Notes under the pieces: model-generated
Database searches by the model: none
What the model was told of the DNA's origin: nothing
What the model saw: only the letters and a program-made list of their open reading frames with translations
Assembly (NCBI GenBank): GCA_965221165.1
Contig: CBDCRP010000003.1
Span: 1,440,001 to 1,504,000 of the forward strand
From: a bacterium
GTDB taxonomy: Bacteria; UBA8248
Direction: 5' to 3'
Length of the DNA: 64,000 bases
Program-made: the position numbers and the translations under genes
Shown here: positions 38,265 through 48,570 of the stretch, piece by piece
How positions within the stretch are numbered: the first letter of the stretch is position 1
Layout: each line of letters opens with the position of its first letter

Positions 38265-39086
38265 ATGAACATCAACGAAGTCGGCTCCACGGCGTTTTTC
38301 CCTTCATGCGTCCGGCAGATGGAAAAAGACGAGGCGCGCCCGCTCTTCGAGGACCCCTACGCGGGGTGGTTCGTCGACGAGGAAGCGACACAAAAGTTCC
38401 GCAGGCTCATCCACACCTTTCCGGCGGTCCGGGAGACGGCGCGCTACCGCGTTTGCATCATGAACGAGACCCTGGAGCGCGCGATCTCAGACGGTGTAGG
38501 GCAGATAGTCACGCTGGGCTCAGGCTTCGACATGCGCTCGCAAATATTTCGGGCCGAAGGCGTCAGGTTCTGTGACGTCGATCAGCCTGCGGTGCTCGAA
38601 TTCAAACGCAAGATTCTCGAAACCCGCGGCGTCGCGCCCTGCGCCACGATTCCGGAAAATTACCTCGAAATCGACCTTCCCCGAGAACTCGCCGGGGCGG
38701 GTTTCGACTTATGCTCCCCCACCCTGTTCATATGGGAGGGGAACACCATGTACCTGCCGGTCGAACTCATCCACGATTTTCTGGACCGGCTGTGCGCGCG
38801 GATTCCGCGCATGAGCGTGGCCTTCGATTATTTCTCCGAAAAGATAATCAACCGCACGTCGGGGAATGAGAAGATGACCGAAACCACGGATTATTTCGAA
38901 AACCATTTCGGGGCGAAATGGGTGACCGGCTTCGACGATCTCTCCGCCTTCGAGAAGAGAAACAACCTCAAAATCATCGAATCAGGCGCAATGCTCGATG
39001 TCTGCAAGCGCCATGCGCCCGAATCCGCCCCGGCTCTCGCCGAGTGGAGCGGGCTGCACTCCTACTGCGTGCTCCAATCCAACTGA
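38265..39086 (+). CDS. Class I SAM-dependent methyltransferase (LCM/O-methyltransferase-like), paralog 2
   Basis: LFEDPYA, QIVTLGSGFDMR and WEGNTMYL. Closely similar to paralog 1. Confidence 0.88.
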   Translation: MNINEVGSTAFFPSCVRQMEKDEARPLFEDPYAGWFVDEEATQKFRRLIHTFPAVRETARYRVCIMNETLERAISDGVGQIVTLGSGFDMRSQIFRAEGVRFCDVDQPAVLEFKRKILETRGVAPCATIPENYLEIDLPRELAGAGFDLCSPTLFIWEGNTMYLPVELIHDFLDRLCARIPRMSVAFDYFSEKIINRTSGNEKMTETTDYFENHFGAKWVTGFDDLSAFEKRNNLKIIESGAMLDVCKRHAPESAPALAEWSGLHSYCVLQSN

Positions 39087-39148
39087 GGTTCGTGGAATAG
39101 GGTGAGGCTGCCGCCATCCCCTCACCTTGATTTGATCGAAAATGACCC

Positions 39149-39388
39149 GTAGGTCGGACATATATGTCCGCCACACATATATGCGACCCGTGTTTTGAAT
39201 CTAACAGGGCCGGGCCGCATGTATGTGTGGGGCGGTCCCGAGGAGGAACCACCACCTACAAAAGACTCATTCCCCCTTCGTACAAGGTTGACCCGCAAGT
39301 CGCCACCTTCGGGAGAGTTGGCCGCACGAGACACAGTAGGGACGAACCCCTCCTCGGGGTCGTCCCACAGGTCGCGAACCGCCCCTAC
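39149..39388. repeat. Cluster of GTAG-type REP-like palindromes
   Basis: GTAGGTCGGACATATATGTCCG (39149), GTAGGGACGAACCCCTCCTCGGGGTCGTCCC (39336), and minus-strand GTAG units ending at 39259 and 39388. Confidence 0.6.
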
Positions 39389-39446
39389 ACCGCCTGATAA
39401 ATTGCCGAAAAATTCCCGTCCGAAATATGGGTCTCTTCACCAACCC

Positions 39447-39824
39447 CTACAGCGTGATGACGAGGTCGGGCGCGGCGGGGGCGAGCGCCGTGTAGAGCTG
39501 CGGGAAGCAGCCGGCGCCCACTCCGGCCACCAGGCCCTTCGCCGTCACGTCGCCCGAACCGCACTGCTCGAACGTGCCCTCGGCGAGGTTGCGCCTCACG
39601 GCGCACTGGTCGCAAACCATGAGGAGGATGTTCTGCTCCGCGGCGACCTTGGCCAGACGCTCGCCTATCTCATCGCCCTCGCGCAGGCAGAAGAGATTAT
39701 CGTCGAAGAAGAACATGCCGACGACGTTCACACCGTGCGCGCCGGCTTCTAGTTGCGGCAGGATCATGGTGCCGAGCTTGTAGGTGGCCGACATGTCGGT
39801 GGCGAAAACATATGCGATGTTCAT
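39447..39824 (-). CDS. DsrE-like (SaoD/DsrE family) sulfur/selenium relay protein
   Basis: MILPQLE.G.HG..VVGMFFFDDN, CDQCA..R and GCFPQLY. SD AGGAGG. Confidence 0.72.
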   Translation of the reverse strand: MNIAYVFATDMSATYKLGTMILPQLEAGAHGVNVVGMFFFDDNLFCLREGDEIGERLAKVAAEQNILLMVCDQCAVRRNLAEGTFEQCGSGDVTAKGLVAGVGAGCFPQLYTALAPAAPDLVITL

Positions 39825-39952
39825 TGTTTGGATTCCTCCTCGGGTGCGTCTCTCGACTGATGGATAATGACCCTGCTACCCCTGTTCGCAACAAGCAAAG
39901 TTTATCTGTCATCTGGATGCGGGGGTGAGACTCTCATCCTCGGCATCCGGCG

Positions 39953-40783
39953 TCAACGCCATCCTCTCATCTCGATGAGTTTCTTGAACCCGAAGGTTCC
40001 CCTCGCCCGCGCGGGTTCGATTCGCTCGATTTTTTCACCCTTATGCGTGAAGAAAAACATCTTCTTGTACAAACAACCGGAGGGGCAGTCCCCCCATGCC
40101 TTGCGAACGACGATACGCCAGACGTCATCTGATTTCGACGCTTCGACGTCGGAACCATCCCCCAAGTGCGCATCGGACTCCGCGTACCTGACTCCCTTTA
40201 TCTTCAGGTACGCTCTCCGCGCGGCGTCTACGTTTGCGCGCTCGCTCAGGTGCATGACGAGGACGCCCGTGTGGCGGTATGGCCGCACGGCCCGAAGCCC
40301 GAGCCTCGCGTTCAAGGCGTCGAACGCCGCATGCCCGGTGCGGAGTTTTACGGGCCCGCTTTTACCTTCAAGAAGGCCGGCAACCGCTTTGAACAAATCA
40401 GGCCTTACACCCAGGAGAAGCACACCGGGCAGATGGGCCGCCCGGGCGGAAATCTTAGCCACCTCGGGATGCGCTTTCTTAAGCCGCTTGAGCACCCCCC
40501 CGATCTCGCGTGCGAGTTCGCGCCGCCGCTTCGCGTCAAGGAGCAAATCGTCGTTTTTTCTCGCCAGAATCCGGTGGGCCAGAGCAAAGGCCTCGGAGAC
40601 CTTGGGAGTCTCCCTGGAATCGGCGCGCACGACCACCGGAGCCGCATCTGCTCCCCACGCTTGCGGCTTCAGTGAGACACACCAGCCCGCCAGCAACACG
40701 AAGCAACACGCCGCGAAACGAACCCACATCGTCTTGACCGGGTTTTCGCCACGCTTTTTGTGATGAAACAGACGCCAACTCAT
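39953..40783 (-). CDS. Hypothetical exported protein
   Basis: Signal-like hydrophobic segment and C-terminal WGDCPSGC motif. Start codon uncertain. Confidence 0.6.
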   Translation of the reverse strand: MSWRLFHHKKRGENPVKTMWVRFAACCFVLLAGWCVSLKPQAWGADAAPVVVRADSRETPKVSEAFALAHRILARKNDDLLLDAKRRRELAREIGGVLKRLKKAHPEVAKISARAAHLPGVLLLGVRPDLFKAVAGLLEGKSGPVKLRTGHAAFDALNARLGLRAVRPYRHTGVLVMHLSERANVDAARRAYLKIKGVRYAESDAHLGDGSDVEASKSDDVWRIVVRKAWGDCPSGCLYKKMFFFTHKGEKIERIEPARARGTFGFKKLIEMRGWR

Positions 40784-40828
40784 CTTATCGATTCTCCATT
40801 AAGGGCTTCGCCAGCCATAGATTCTCCC

Positions 40829-42682
40829 TCATTCAGCGGCGCGCAGACGAGGGGCCAGCCACAGTCCCCACCCCGCAAGGATGAGCAGCCCCGTGAACGC
40901 GGCAGCCCATGCGGCCCCGCCGGTTGGGAACAGAATGACGGCCACGGCGACGACCCCGTAGAGCGCGCGCTCGGGGAGACGCAGGGAGCCTTTCAGGTAT
41001 CCGCTGAGCGCGACCGCCCAGGCGCCCGTCGCGCCGAAGAGCGAAACGCACGCCAGGACGACCCAGCCCGGATCGCCCTGCCCCAACAATCTCGGGTCGA
41101 ACGCGAAGGCGAAGGGGATCAGGAACGAGACGAGGCTCAAGCGGAAGGCGATGAGGCTCGTCTCCATCGACCCTGCACCCGAAATTCCCGCCGCCGTGAA
41201 CGACGCCAGCGCCACCGGCGGCGTGACCATCGAGAGCACGCAGTAATACATGACGAAGAAATGGGCGGGAAGCTCGGCTATGCCTAAATCCTTGAGCGCA
41301 GGCACGAAGAGGATGGCGCCGATGATGTAGGCGGCTACCGTCGGCAGGCCCATGCCCATGATGAGGCACCCGAGGATGATGAGGAACATGGCGAGAAACA
41401 GCTTGCCGCCCGATGCGCCGATGAGCCCGGAGGAGAACTTGAGCGCCAGGTTCGACTGGATGGCGACGGCGATGATGATGCCGATGGCGGCGATGGGCAC
41501 GGCGATTTCCGCGGCCTGTCGCGCGCCGCTGCGCACCACTTCGAACCATCCGGAAACGTTAAGCCAGCTCCGGCGGCGAAGATAGGCGACCACCACGCAC
41601 GAGGCCGTGCCGATGACGGCGGCGTATGTGGCCGAAAAACCCGCGACCAGCATGGCGATCAGCACCAGCGGCGGCAGGAGCAGGTACAGCCTGCCCGCGA
41701 TGGGTTCCTCGGGCGTCAGCTCACTCGCCTCGAGCGCGAGCGCTCCCTCGGCCCGGGCGCGCAGGTCGATGAAGATGAATATGGCGGTGTAGAACGCCAG
41801 CGCCGGGATAAGCCCGGCTGCTGCGATGCGCGCGTAGGATATCTGCAACAACTCCGCCATCACGAACGCGGCGATGCCCATGATGGGCGGCATGAGCTGG
41901 CCGCCGGTGGAAGCGATGGCCTCCACGGCGCCCGCGTGCGCCGGTCCGTAGCCGGTCTTTCTCATCAGCGGGATGGTGAAAACGCCCGTCGTCGCCACGT
42001 TCGCCACCGCGCTGCCGCTGATCGAACCCATCAGGCTCGAACTCACGACGGCGGCCTTCGCAGCGCCTCCGGCGAAGCGGCCCGCCACCTTGAGCGCGAG
42101 GTCGATGAACAACTGCCCGCCGCCTATGCCTGCGTAGACCGCTCCGAAGAGAACGAAATAGAAGACGAACTGAAGCGAAGTCGCCGTCGTGATCCCCAGC
42201 ACGCCGTTGGTCGTCATGGTCATGATCTCGACCACTTCGTCGATCGTGAACCCCCTAAAACCGAATGCGCCGGGAAGGAACTTGCCGATGAACGCATAGG
42301 CGAAAAAAACGAGCAAAACGCCCAGGAGCGGCCAGCCCACCGTGCGGCGCACGCCCTCGAACAGCAGCACCATGATGAGCGCAAAAGCCGCCACGTCGAT
42401 GCCGAGCACCGGGTCGATGGTTTCCATGCGTTCGGTGAGCCGGGTCGATGAAAGGGCGTAATACGCAAAGACGGCCAGCGTCCCGGCCAGCAGCAGGGCG
42501 TCCGCCAGGCGGGCGCGCCACGCCTGAGCGCCTCCCGCGCCGAGCAGATTAAAGAGAAGAACGAGCGCCAGCGCGAGAAGCAGGTGGAGGGGCCGCTCGA
42601 CCAGCGGCGCCTGGGGGTAGAAGACGATCCACATCTGGAACGCCAGCCAGAGGGCGCCGATAGCGAGCGTGACCATGCGCAT
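40829..42682 (-). CDS. TRAP 4TM/12TM fused permease
   Basis: SGSAVANVATTG.FTIPLM, EAIASTGGQLMPP, GMGLPT and TPPVALA. Confidence 0.93.
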   Translation of the reverse strand: MRMVTLAIGALWLAFQMWIVFYPQAPLVERPLHLLLALALVLLFNLLGAGGAQAWRARLADALLLAGTLAVFAYYALSSTRLTERMETIDPVLGIDVAAFALIMVLLFEGVRRTVGWPLLGVLLVFFAYAFIGKFLPGAFGFRGFTIDEVVEIMTMTTNGVLGITTATSLQFVFYFVLFGAVYAGIGGGQLFIDLALKVAGRFAGGAAKAAVVSSSLMGSISGSAVANVATTGVFTIPLMRKTGYGPAHAGAVEAIASTGGQLMPPIMGIAAFVMAELLQISYARIAAAGLIPALAFYTAIFIFIDLRARAEGALALEASELTPEEPIAGRLYLLLPPLVLIAMLVAGFSATYAAVIGTASCVVVAYLRRRSWLNVSGWFEVVRSGARQAAEIAVPIAAIGIIIAVAIQSNLALKFSSGLIGASGGKLFLAMFLIILGCLIMGMGLPTVAAYIIGAILFVPALKDLGIAELPAHFFVMYYCVLSMVTPPVALASFTAAGISGAGSMETSLIAFRLSLVSFLIPFAFAFDPRLLGQGDPGWVVLACVSLFGATGAWAVALSGYLKGSLRLPERALYGVVAVAVILFPTGGAAWAAAFTGLLILAGWGLWLAPRLRAAE

Positions 42683-42757
42683 GGTTCATGAAACCCCGCT
42701 GCGAGGAAACGGGGCGGAGGACGAAACTCGCCGCCCCCCCGCCCCGCCGTGGTCGGT

Positions 42758-43771
42758 CTACAGCCAGCCTTTTTCCTTGAAATACTTCGCGGCGCCCGGA
42801 TGCAGCGGCACCCCGACGCTCGCCGGCTTGCCGCCGTTTTTGGGCTTGAAGAATCTCCAGGCCGCGTGGGCCTTGCCCATGGCTTTCTTGTTCTCGGCCA
42901 GCGTTTTCGTGATGATGTAGGCGAGTGAATCCGGCATGTCCTTGTGCGCGATGAGCACGGTGCCGAGGTCGACGGCCAACACCTTTCCCTTGATGCCCTT
43001 GAACCACTTGCCCGGCACGGCCGCCGTCCTCAAACCCTGGGCGGCGAGCGCCTTGAGCGCCTTGGCGGGAAAGCCCAGGAAGCGCATCGCGTTGGTGGTC
43101 GTGACCTCCGTCACCGTCGGGTGCCTGGGGATGGCGACCTCGAAGTAAAGATCCGCGCGGCCGTCCTTGATGATGGCCGGAATCTGGTTGGCCGCGACCT
43201 GGATGATCCTGCCGCCCCGGGCCTTGATGTCCTTGCGGCTCGTTCCCAGCGCAGCCATGAGCATGTCGGCGACGACGGGGACCGTGCTGCCCGCCGGCTT
43301 CATGACGATGCGCGCGGGCGGCTTGGAGAGCAGCGCTTTTTCGAGCGTGTCGTTGCCCGTTCGCTTGATGTAGCTCTCCGTCACCATGGCGGTGACGCGT
43401 ACCTTGTTCAGCCCGCCGATGAGCGCGCGGATGCCATCGTGCTTTTGCTTGTAGACGCCCTTTAAGCCGTTGTAGGCCCAAAGCGCCGAGGCGACGTTCG
43501 AAAGCGCGATGGTCGCCTTTTTCTTGTCCACGGCGGCGGGATTGCTGACGCCTCCGCCGCGCGCGATGACCTCGGGATTACTGCCCTTGGGCAGGCCGGG
43601 CTCCAGCAGTTGCGCCAGCGTGGCGCCGAAGACGTACCAGGCCGAACCGGGCCGCATCGCGCCGATGCTGAACGGATCGGCGGCGTATGCCGCCGGAGCG
43701 GCGACCAGGGTCGACGCAGCCAGCAGAAGGGCGGCCATCAGGCCCTTGAAGCGTATTCTCTTCTTGAGCAT
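42758..43771 (-). CDS. TAXI family TRAP solute receptor
   Basis: Signal peptide, GS.WY, GGGVSN and PLHPGAAKYFKE. Confidence 0.9.
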   Translation of the reverse strand: MLKKRIRFKGLMAALLLAASTLVAAPAAYAADPFSIGAMRPGSAWYVFGATLAQLLEPGLPKGSNPEVIARGGGVSNPAAVDKKKATIALSNVASALWAYNGLKGVYKQKHDGIRALIGGLNKVRVTAMVTESYIKRTGNDTLEKALLSKPPARIVMKPAGSTVPVVADMLMAALGTSRKDIKARGGRIIQVAANQIPAIIKDGRADLYFEVAIPRHPTVTEVTTTNAMRFLGFPAKALKALAAQGLRTAAVPGKWFKGIKGKVLAVDLGTVLIAHKDMPDSLAYIITKTLAENKKAMGKAHAAWRFFKPKNGGKPASVGVPLHPGAAKYFKEKGWL

Positions 43772-43813
43772 GGGTTTTCTCTCCCTTGTTTGGTTTCCCC
43801 TACGAAACAACCA

Positions 43814-44767
43814 CTATCCGGCTGTCGCGGTTTCGAGTTCCAGCAGGCCCGATTGCTCCACGGCTCTTTTGATCGCCTCGAACGTGCGTCCCTTGGCGAC
43901 CTCGCTCGGGGGCCGCACGGCGGGCGACTTGAAGCGCCCGGCGAGCACCATGGCCGTCTTCATGCGCGCGTGGGCCTCGCCCGAGGGTTCGCCGCTCGAA
44001 TAGACGACTTCCTTGAGCGTCAGAATACGGGCCTGTATCTCCTGCGCGCGGTGCAGGTCACCCGCCTTTACGGCCTCATAGAGCGCTGTGATGAGGTCGG
44101 GGATGAACGAGGCGAACCCGACGAGCGCGCCGTCCACGCCCTGCACCATCGAGGCGAGGAGATATTCGTCGTGACAGGTGAGAATCGTCGTATCGGGCGC
44201 GTTCTCGCGGATGGAGGCGATGTCGCGCGCATATTGCGACATCTCGCGCGTGCCGACCTTGAAGCAGGTGACCCACGGAATCTGGCCGATCTCGCCCAGA
44301 AGCTCCGAGCCGTAGCTCGCCTTCGTCCACGCCGGATACACATGCACCACCAAGTTCAGGTCGACCGCCTCGCCTATGGCCGTGAAGTAGTCGATGACGT
44401 GTGAGGGGCGATACCCGAAGCGCAGCCAGTGATGAAACGGCATCACGAGCAGCCCGTCGGCCCCGGCATCCCTGGCCATCTCGGCTTGTTCTATGCCGTC
44501 GCGAACGCCCTCGCAAGCAAGGCCCGAAATGACCGGCACGCTCCCGCCGACGGCATCGGCGACGATTCTCGTCACCTCGGCGCGCTCACGCGCGGTGAGT
44601 GAGAACACCTCGCCCGTGTGGCCGTTGGTGACGAGCCCGTTTATTCCCTCGAATCCGGCCAGCCACCCCGAGAAGCGGCGAAGCTCGCCCTCGTCGATAT
44701 CCATGTTGTCCCGCATGGGAACCTGCATCGCGGGCAGGATGCCCGAATAGCTTCTGCGTTCCACCAT
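43814..44767 (-). CDS. DapA/NanA-like class I aldolase family protein
   Basis: NGHTGE, R.EV, A..AGADGLLVMP and Schiff-base Lys in CFKVG. Confidence 0.88.
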   Translation of the reverse strand: MVERRSYSGILPAMQVPMRDNMDIDEGELRRFSGWLAGFEGINGLVTNGHTGEVFSLTARERAEVTRIVADAVGGSVPVISGLACEGVRDGIEQAEMARDAGADGLLVMPFHHWLRFGYRPSHVIDYFTAIGEAVDLNLVVHVYPAWTKASYGSELLGEIGQIPWVTCFKVGTREMSQYARDIASIRENAPDTTILTCHDEYLLASMVQGVDGALVGFASFIPDLITALYEAVKAGDLHRAQEIQARILTLKEVVYSSGEPSGEAHARMKTAMVLAGRFKSPAVRPPSEVAKGRTFEAIKRAVEQSGLLELETATAG

Positions 44768-45038
44768 ACCTTGATCTCCTTCTTGGCGCGTTTCAGCCGC
44801 CGGATCGTGCGGCTTCTGAAGCGGAAAATTTCAGTACCGGGGCAATAAACTGTGGCAGTGGATAATTGTAACGAAACGACTCCTAAATGCAATTCACGAT
44901 TCCGAACGCCGCTTCATCCGGAAAAGAGGAATTTCTAACGACCGCTCCCTATGAGATGCGCCATCAATCACCTTTCGTGAACAGGGATTCATCTCACCGG
45001 ATAAAATGAAAATTCCCAGGACTGAATGGTTTTGCGTA

Positions 45039-46934
45039 TTACACGGATTCATCTCGTTCGACCCGACGCCGGCCAGGCCATTTCTGGGCGACCACTACGC
45101 CCGCCAGACCCAGGAACCCCAATACGCGCAGAAGCGGCGAAGGCGTGAAGAGTAACACGGCGGACACCGACAACAGCAGCCGGAGCACCAGCGAGACGGG
45201 CGCCAGTAAAAACCCCTGCAATGCACCGACCATGGCCAGGAAGCCCAAGGTGACGCTCACGGCCGTGAGCAGCATGGGCCAGAAGTCGCCCACGTCCAGG
45301 AGGTTCGTGTAGGCGAAAAGGAAGGGCGTGATGAGGAGCGCGAGCGACATCCGCAGCGCCGCGTACGCCGTCTGGTTGACGTCCGATTGCGCGATGCCCG
45401 CCGCCGCAAAGGCGGCCAGCGCGACCGGCGGGGTGACGCCCGAGGTGAGGATGAACCAGAAGACGATGAGGTGAGAGGCCAGAAGCGGCACATCGAGTTG
45501 TTGAAGAGCGGGCACGGCGATTACGGAGACCACGACGTAGGCGGCGACCACCGTCATGCCCATGCCCAGGATATAACAGACGACGCCCACGAGCGTGAGG
45601 GTCAGTATCAGGGAGCCGCCGGTGGCGTTGATGATGAAATCGCTGAACTTGATCCCCAATCCGGTCAACATGATGGCGCCGATCATCAGGCCCACCACGC
45701 CCGCCGTGGCGCCCACCACCAGGGAATTCCGCGCTCCCAGCACGAGGGCGTCCAAAAGACGCCGGGGCGTCAGGCGCGTCTCCCGCCGCAGGAAACTCAC
45801 CACGACGATGGAATAGATGGCCACCACGGCCGCGAGGTTGGGAGAATGCCCCTGCAAGAGTACGAAAACCATGAAGAAGGCCGGCAGGAGAAGGTGACCT
45901 CCACTCTTGAGAACGCTCGTCAAGGCCGGCACCTCGTCGGCCGGAACCAGGCGGATTCCCTCCTTGGTCGCCTCGATATGAACGAAGAAGAGGACAGACA
46001 GGAAATAGATGACGGCGGGGACGGCGGCGACCGCGATGACGTTGACGTAGGGGATCTCCGTGATGGCGGCGATGATGAACGCGGCCGCTCCCATGATCGG
46101 CGGCATGAACTGGCCTCCCGTGGATGCGGCCGCCTCCACCGCGCCGGCGATGTGGGGCCGGTAGCCCGTACGCTTCATCAGGGGGATGGTGAAAGACCCC
46201 GTGGCCACCACGTTGGCGACGCCGCTGCCCATCATGGAACCCACGAAGCCGCTGGAGATGACCGCCACCTTGGCCGGACCGCCACGGCTGCGGCCCGCCA
46301 GGGCGTTGGCGAACTGAACCAGGAAGTTTCCGCCGCCGGCCTCCTCCAGGAAGGCGGCGAAGGCGATGAACAAGAATACATAGGACGCATAGGCGTTGAT
46401 AACGACGCCGAAGACCGCCACCTCCGAAGCCATGAACTCCAGGATGCGCTGCGCGCTGAATCCCTTGTGGGCGAAGACGGTGTCCGGGAGCCAGGGTCCC
46501 ACGTAGGCGTAGACGATGAAGATCAGCGCCAGGATCGGCAACACCTTTCCCAGCACCCTTCTGCCCATTTCCAGGGAAACGACGATCAGCATGCCGCCGA
46601 TGACCATGTCCATCGCCGTGGGCTCGCCCATGCGTTCCGCGCGGTAGGGCGTGTCCCAGATCCAGTAGCCGGCGGCGAAGACCGTCAGCACGATCAAGAG
46701 CCAATCGACGGCGCTGGGCCGGGACTGCGGAGAGGAGTCGCCCGCCGGGTAAAGGAGGAAGAGAAGGATGCCGGTGAAGATCAGATAGAACCCCCGGTGG
46801 CTGTGCGTCGAGAAAATCCCAAAGGTTCCCGTGTAGATGTAGAAAAGGGAGAAAACGACGGCGACGGCCATCACCATGTAACGCAGTGACCCCTCGAGTC
46901 GCCTCGTCTGAGGCAGCCCCGTTTTGCGAGCCAT
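45039..46934 (-). CDS. TRAP 4TM/12TM fused permease
   Basis: GGPAKVAV, ANVVATGSFTIPLMK, EAAASTGGQFMPP and TPPVALAA. Confidence 0.93.
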   Translation of the reverse strand: MARKTGLPQTRRLEGSLRYMVMAVAVVFSLFYIYTGTFGIFSTHSHRGFYLIFTGILLFLLYPAGDSSPQSRPSAVDWLLIVLTVFAAGYWIWDTPYRAERMGEPTAMDMVIGGMLIVVSLEMGRRVLGKVLPILALIFIVYAYVGPWLPDTVFAHKGFSAQRILEFMASEVAVFGVVINAYASYVFLFIAFAAFLEEAGGGNFLVQFANALAGRSRGGPAKVAVISSGFVGSMMGSGVANVVATGSFTIPLMKRTGYRPHIAGAVEAAASTGGQFMPPIMGAAAFIIAAITEIPYVNVIAVAAVPAVIYFLSVLFFVHIEATKEGIRLVPADEVPALTSVLKSGGHLLLPAFFMVFVLLQGHSPNLAAVVAIYSIVVVSFLRRETRLTPRRLLDALVLGARNSLVVGATAGVVGLMIGAIMLTGLGIKFSDFIINATGGSLILTLTLVGVVCYILGMGMTVVAAYVVVSVIAVPALQQLDVPLLASHLIVFWFILTSGVTPPVALAAFAAAGIAQSDVNQTAYAALRMSLALLITPFLFAYTNLLDVGDFWPMLLTAVSVTLGFLAMVGALQGFLLAPVSLVLRLLLSVSAVLLFTPSPLLRVLGFLGLAGVVVAQKWPGRRRVERDESV

Positions 46935-46959
46935 GAAATTACTCCTCGGCGAAGGGGAA

Positions 46960-47000
46960 CCCGGGTCGCGCGGTCAACGGGCGACGCCGCGCGACCCGGG
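46960..47000. promoter_or_regulatory. Intercistronic stem-loop between the TAXI and permease genes
   Basis: CCCGGGTCGCGCGG...CCGCGCGACCCGGG, a 14-bp stem with no U tract. Confidence 0.6.
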
Positions 47001-47021
47001 CGAAACTCCCGGCTTTGAGAT

Positions 47022-48023
47022 TTACTTCATGCCCTTCTCACGCCAGTACCTGGCAGCTCCCGGATGCATGGGCAGACCGGACTTGCGCGACTCTACGACT
47101 CCGTTGTCCACCCCTCGCATCAGCCTGTGGATCTTGGGCAGCACCTTCTTGATCCGGGGAGTGAATACGGTTTTGACGATGTCGTAGGCGATCTTCTCGG
47201 GAACGCGTTTGTTAATCACCCAGAAAACCGTGTTCCAAATCGTAGGATAAGGCTCCTTGACGGTCTTGAACACCTTTGTCGGATCGTAGGTGCCGGGCCA
47301 GAATCCGGCATACGTCTTGATGAACAGCTTGCGCTGGGCCTCGCTCATGCGCACGAGGCGAAGGGGCCGCTGCGCATCCAGGGAAAGGGTCCAGGCCGAG
47401 TGCAATCCGTTCTGGGCCGCGGCGTCGAGGCGGCCGTCGATCATGGCGGTAGTCTCATCGGCGTAGGTCAGATACTTGACCGCCTTTATCTTTTTCATCA
47501 GGCCGAAGGCTTCCAGAGCCATCTTGAAGTTCTTGATGCTCCCACTGCCGGCCGGGCCGCCGGCGATGGTCTTGCCGGCCAAATCGTCGAACGTCTTGAT
47601 GCCGGAACTCTTCAGCGCGAGCACCCCGAACGGGCTGTCGTAGAATTTCATGAGCACCCGAACGTCCTTGGCCGGCTTCTTGCCCTTGAAGGATCTGACC
47701 CCGAGATACGCCTCCGCCATGGTCGGCGCGTGAGCGATGGCCATATCCAGATCCCCCGTGGCCATGCGGCGCACGTTCTCCACGTCGCCCTGGGTGGACT
47801 CCGCCACCACGTTGAGAGGTTTGATCTCCCGGGTCAGGATGGGCGACAAACCGCCCGCCATGTAGAACCACCCGCCGCCGGGCCGACTGCCCGCGAAGTT
47901 GAGATACACCTTGGCGGCTTCGACCGGGGCGGAATTCAAAAGGACGCCTACCAGGGACATAGTCACCAGGCCTGTAAGGACGGCTCCACGAACGTGGAGG
48001 AAACGCCAGAGTCTGTTACGCAT
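47022..48023 (-). CDS. TAXI family TRAP solute receptor
   Basis: GGGWF, STQGDVEN, SGIKTFDDLAGK and PMHPGAARYWRE. SD GGAGG. Confidence 0.92.
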   Translation of the reverse strand: MRNRLWRFLHVRGAVLTGLVTMSLVGVLLNSAPVEAAKVYLNFAGSRPGGGWFYMAGGLSPILTREIKPLNVVAESTQGDVENVRRMATGDLDMAIAHAPTMAEAYLGVRSFKGKKPAKDVRVLMKFYDSPFGVLALKSSGIKTFDDLAGKTIAGGPAGSGSIKNFKMALEAFGLMKKIKAVKYLTYADETTAMIDGRLDAAAQNGLHSAWTLSLDAQRPLRLVRMSEAQRKLFIKTYAGFWPGTYDPTKVFKTVKEPYPTIWNTVFWVINKRVPEKIAYDIVKTVFTPRIKKVLPKIHRLMRGVDNGVVESRKSGLPMHPGAARYWREKGMK

Positions 48024-48570
48024 GATCCGTACCTCCTTTGGGGGATGGAAAGAACGACCGGCAAGCGGTTTTAGCCGCCACTCGACCGGATGAAACGCCA
48101 TGAAACGACGCCGGGGAGTCGGAGACGGCGATCACCCCGACGGCGAGGCCACCCTTGCCCCCCGGCGCTAAAAGGTTCGTGAAGCTCTCTTGTGCGGCGG
48201 TGCGCACCAGCTTGGAGAGGTATTTGAAGGCAGGTTTCCGCCCGGGTTTTTCGGGGTGGATTTCGTATTCATCACCGGCGCGGACCGCCAGAGAAAACCA
48301 CGCACCTTTCGCGCCCATCGATAACCCCTCATTGCTTGAGGAAAGAAGATGGAGCATGGATAGCAGTGAATGTATGACCAAAATAGTAAGATATAGAAGT
48401 TTATCGCGCAAGCGCGCGTTCATCCTTTGCGGGCCGTGTCGGCAGCCCGCATTCCAGCAACCATTCAACTTTTCATATTTACACCCGGGTGCTAGGCTTT
48501 TGAAATTAAGCGAACAATCAGCAATGACCCTTTCGGGGCGACGAACTCCATTGGCGAAAGGAGGCTTTGC

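Noticed and set aside
45049-46889. Long alternative-frame and antisense ORFs (e.g. 45049..46704, 45387..46889, 61116..62885, 49963..51162)
   Set aside because: These are shadow ORFs typical of high-GC coding DNA. They overlap well-supported genes and carry no motifs.
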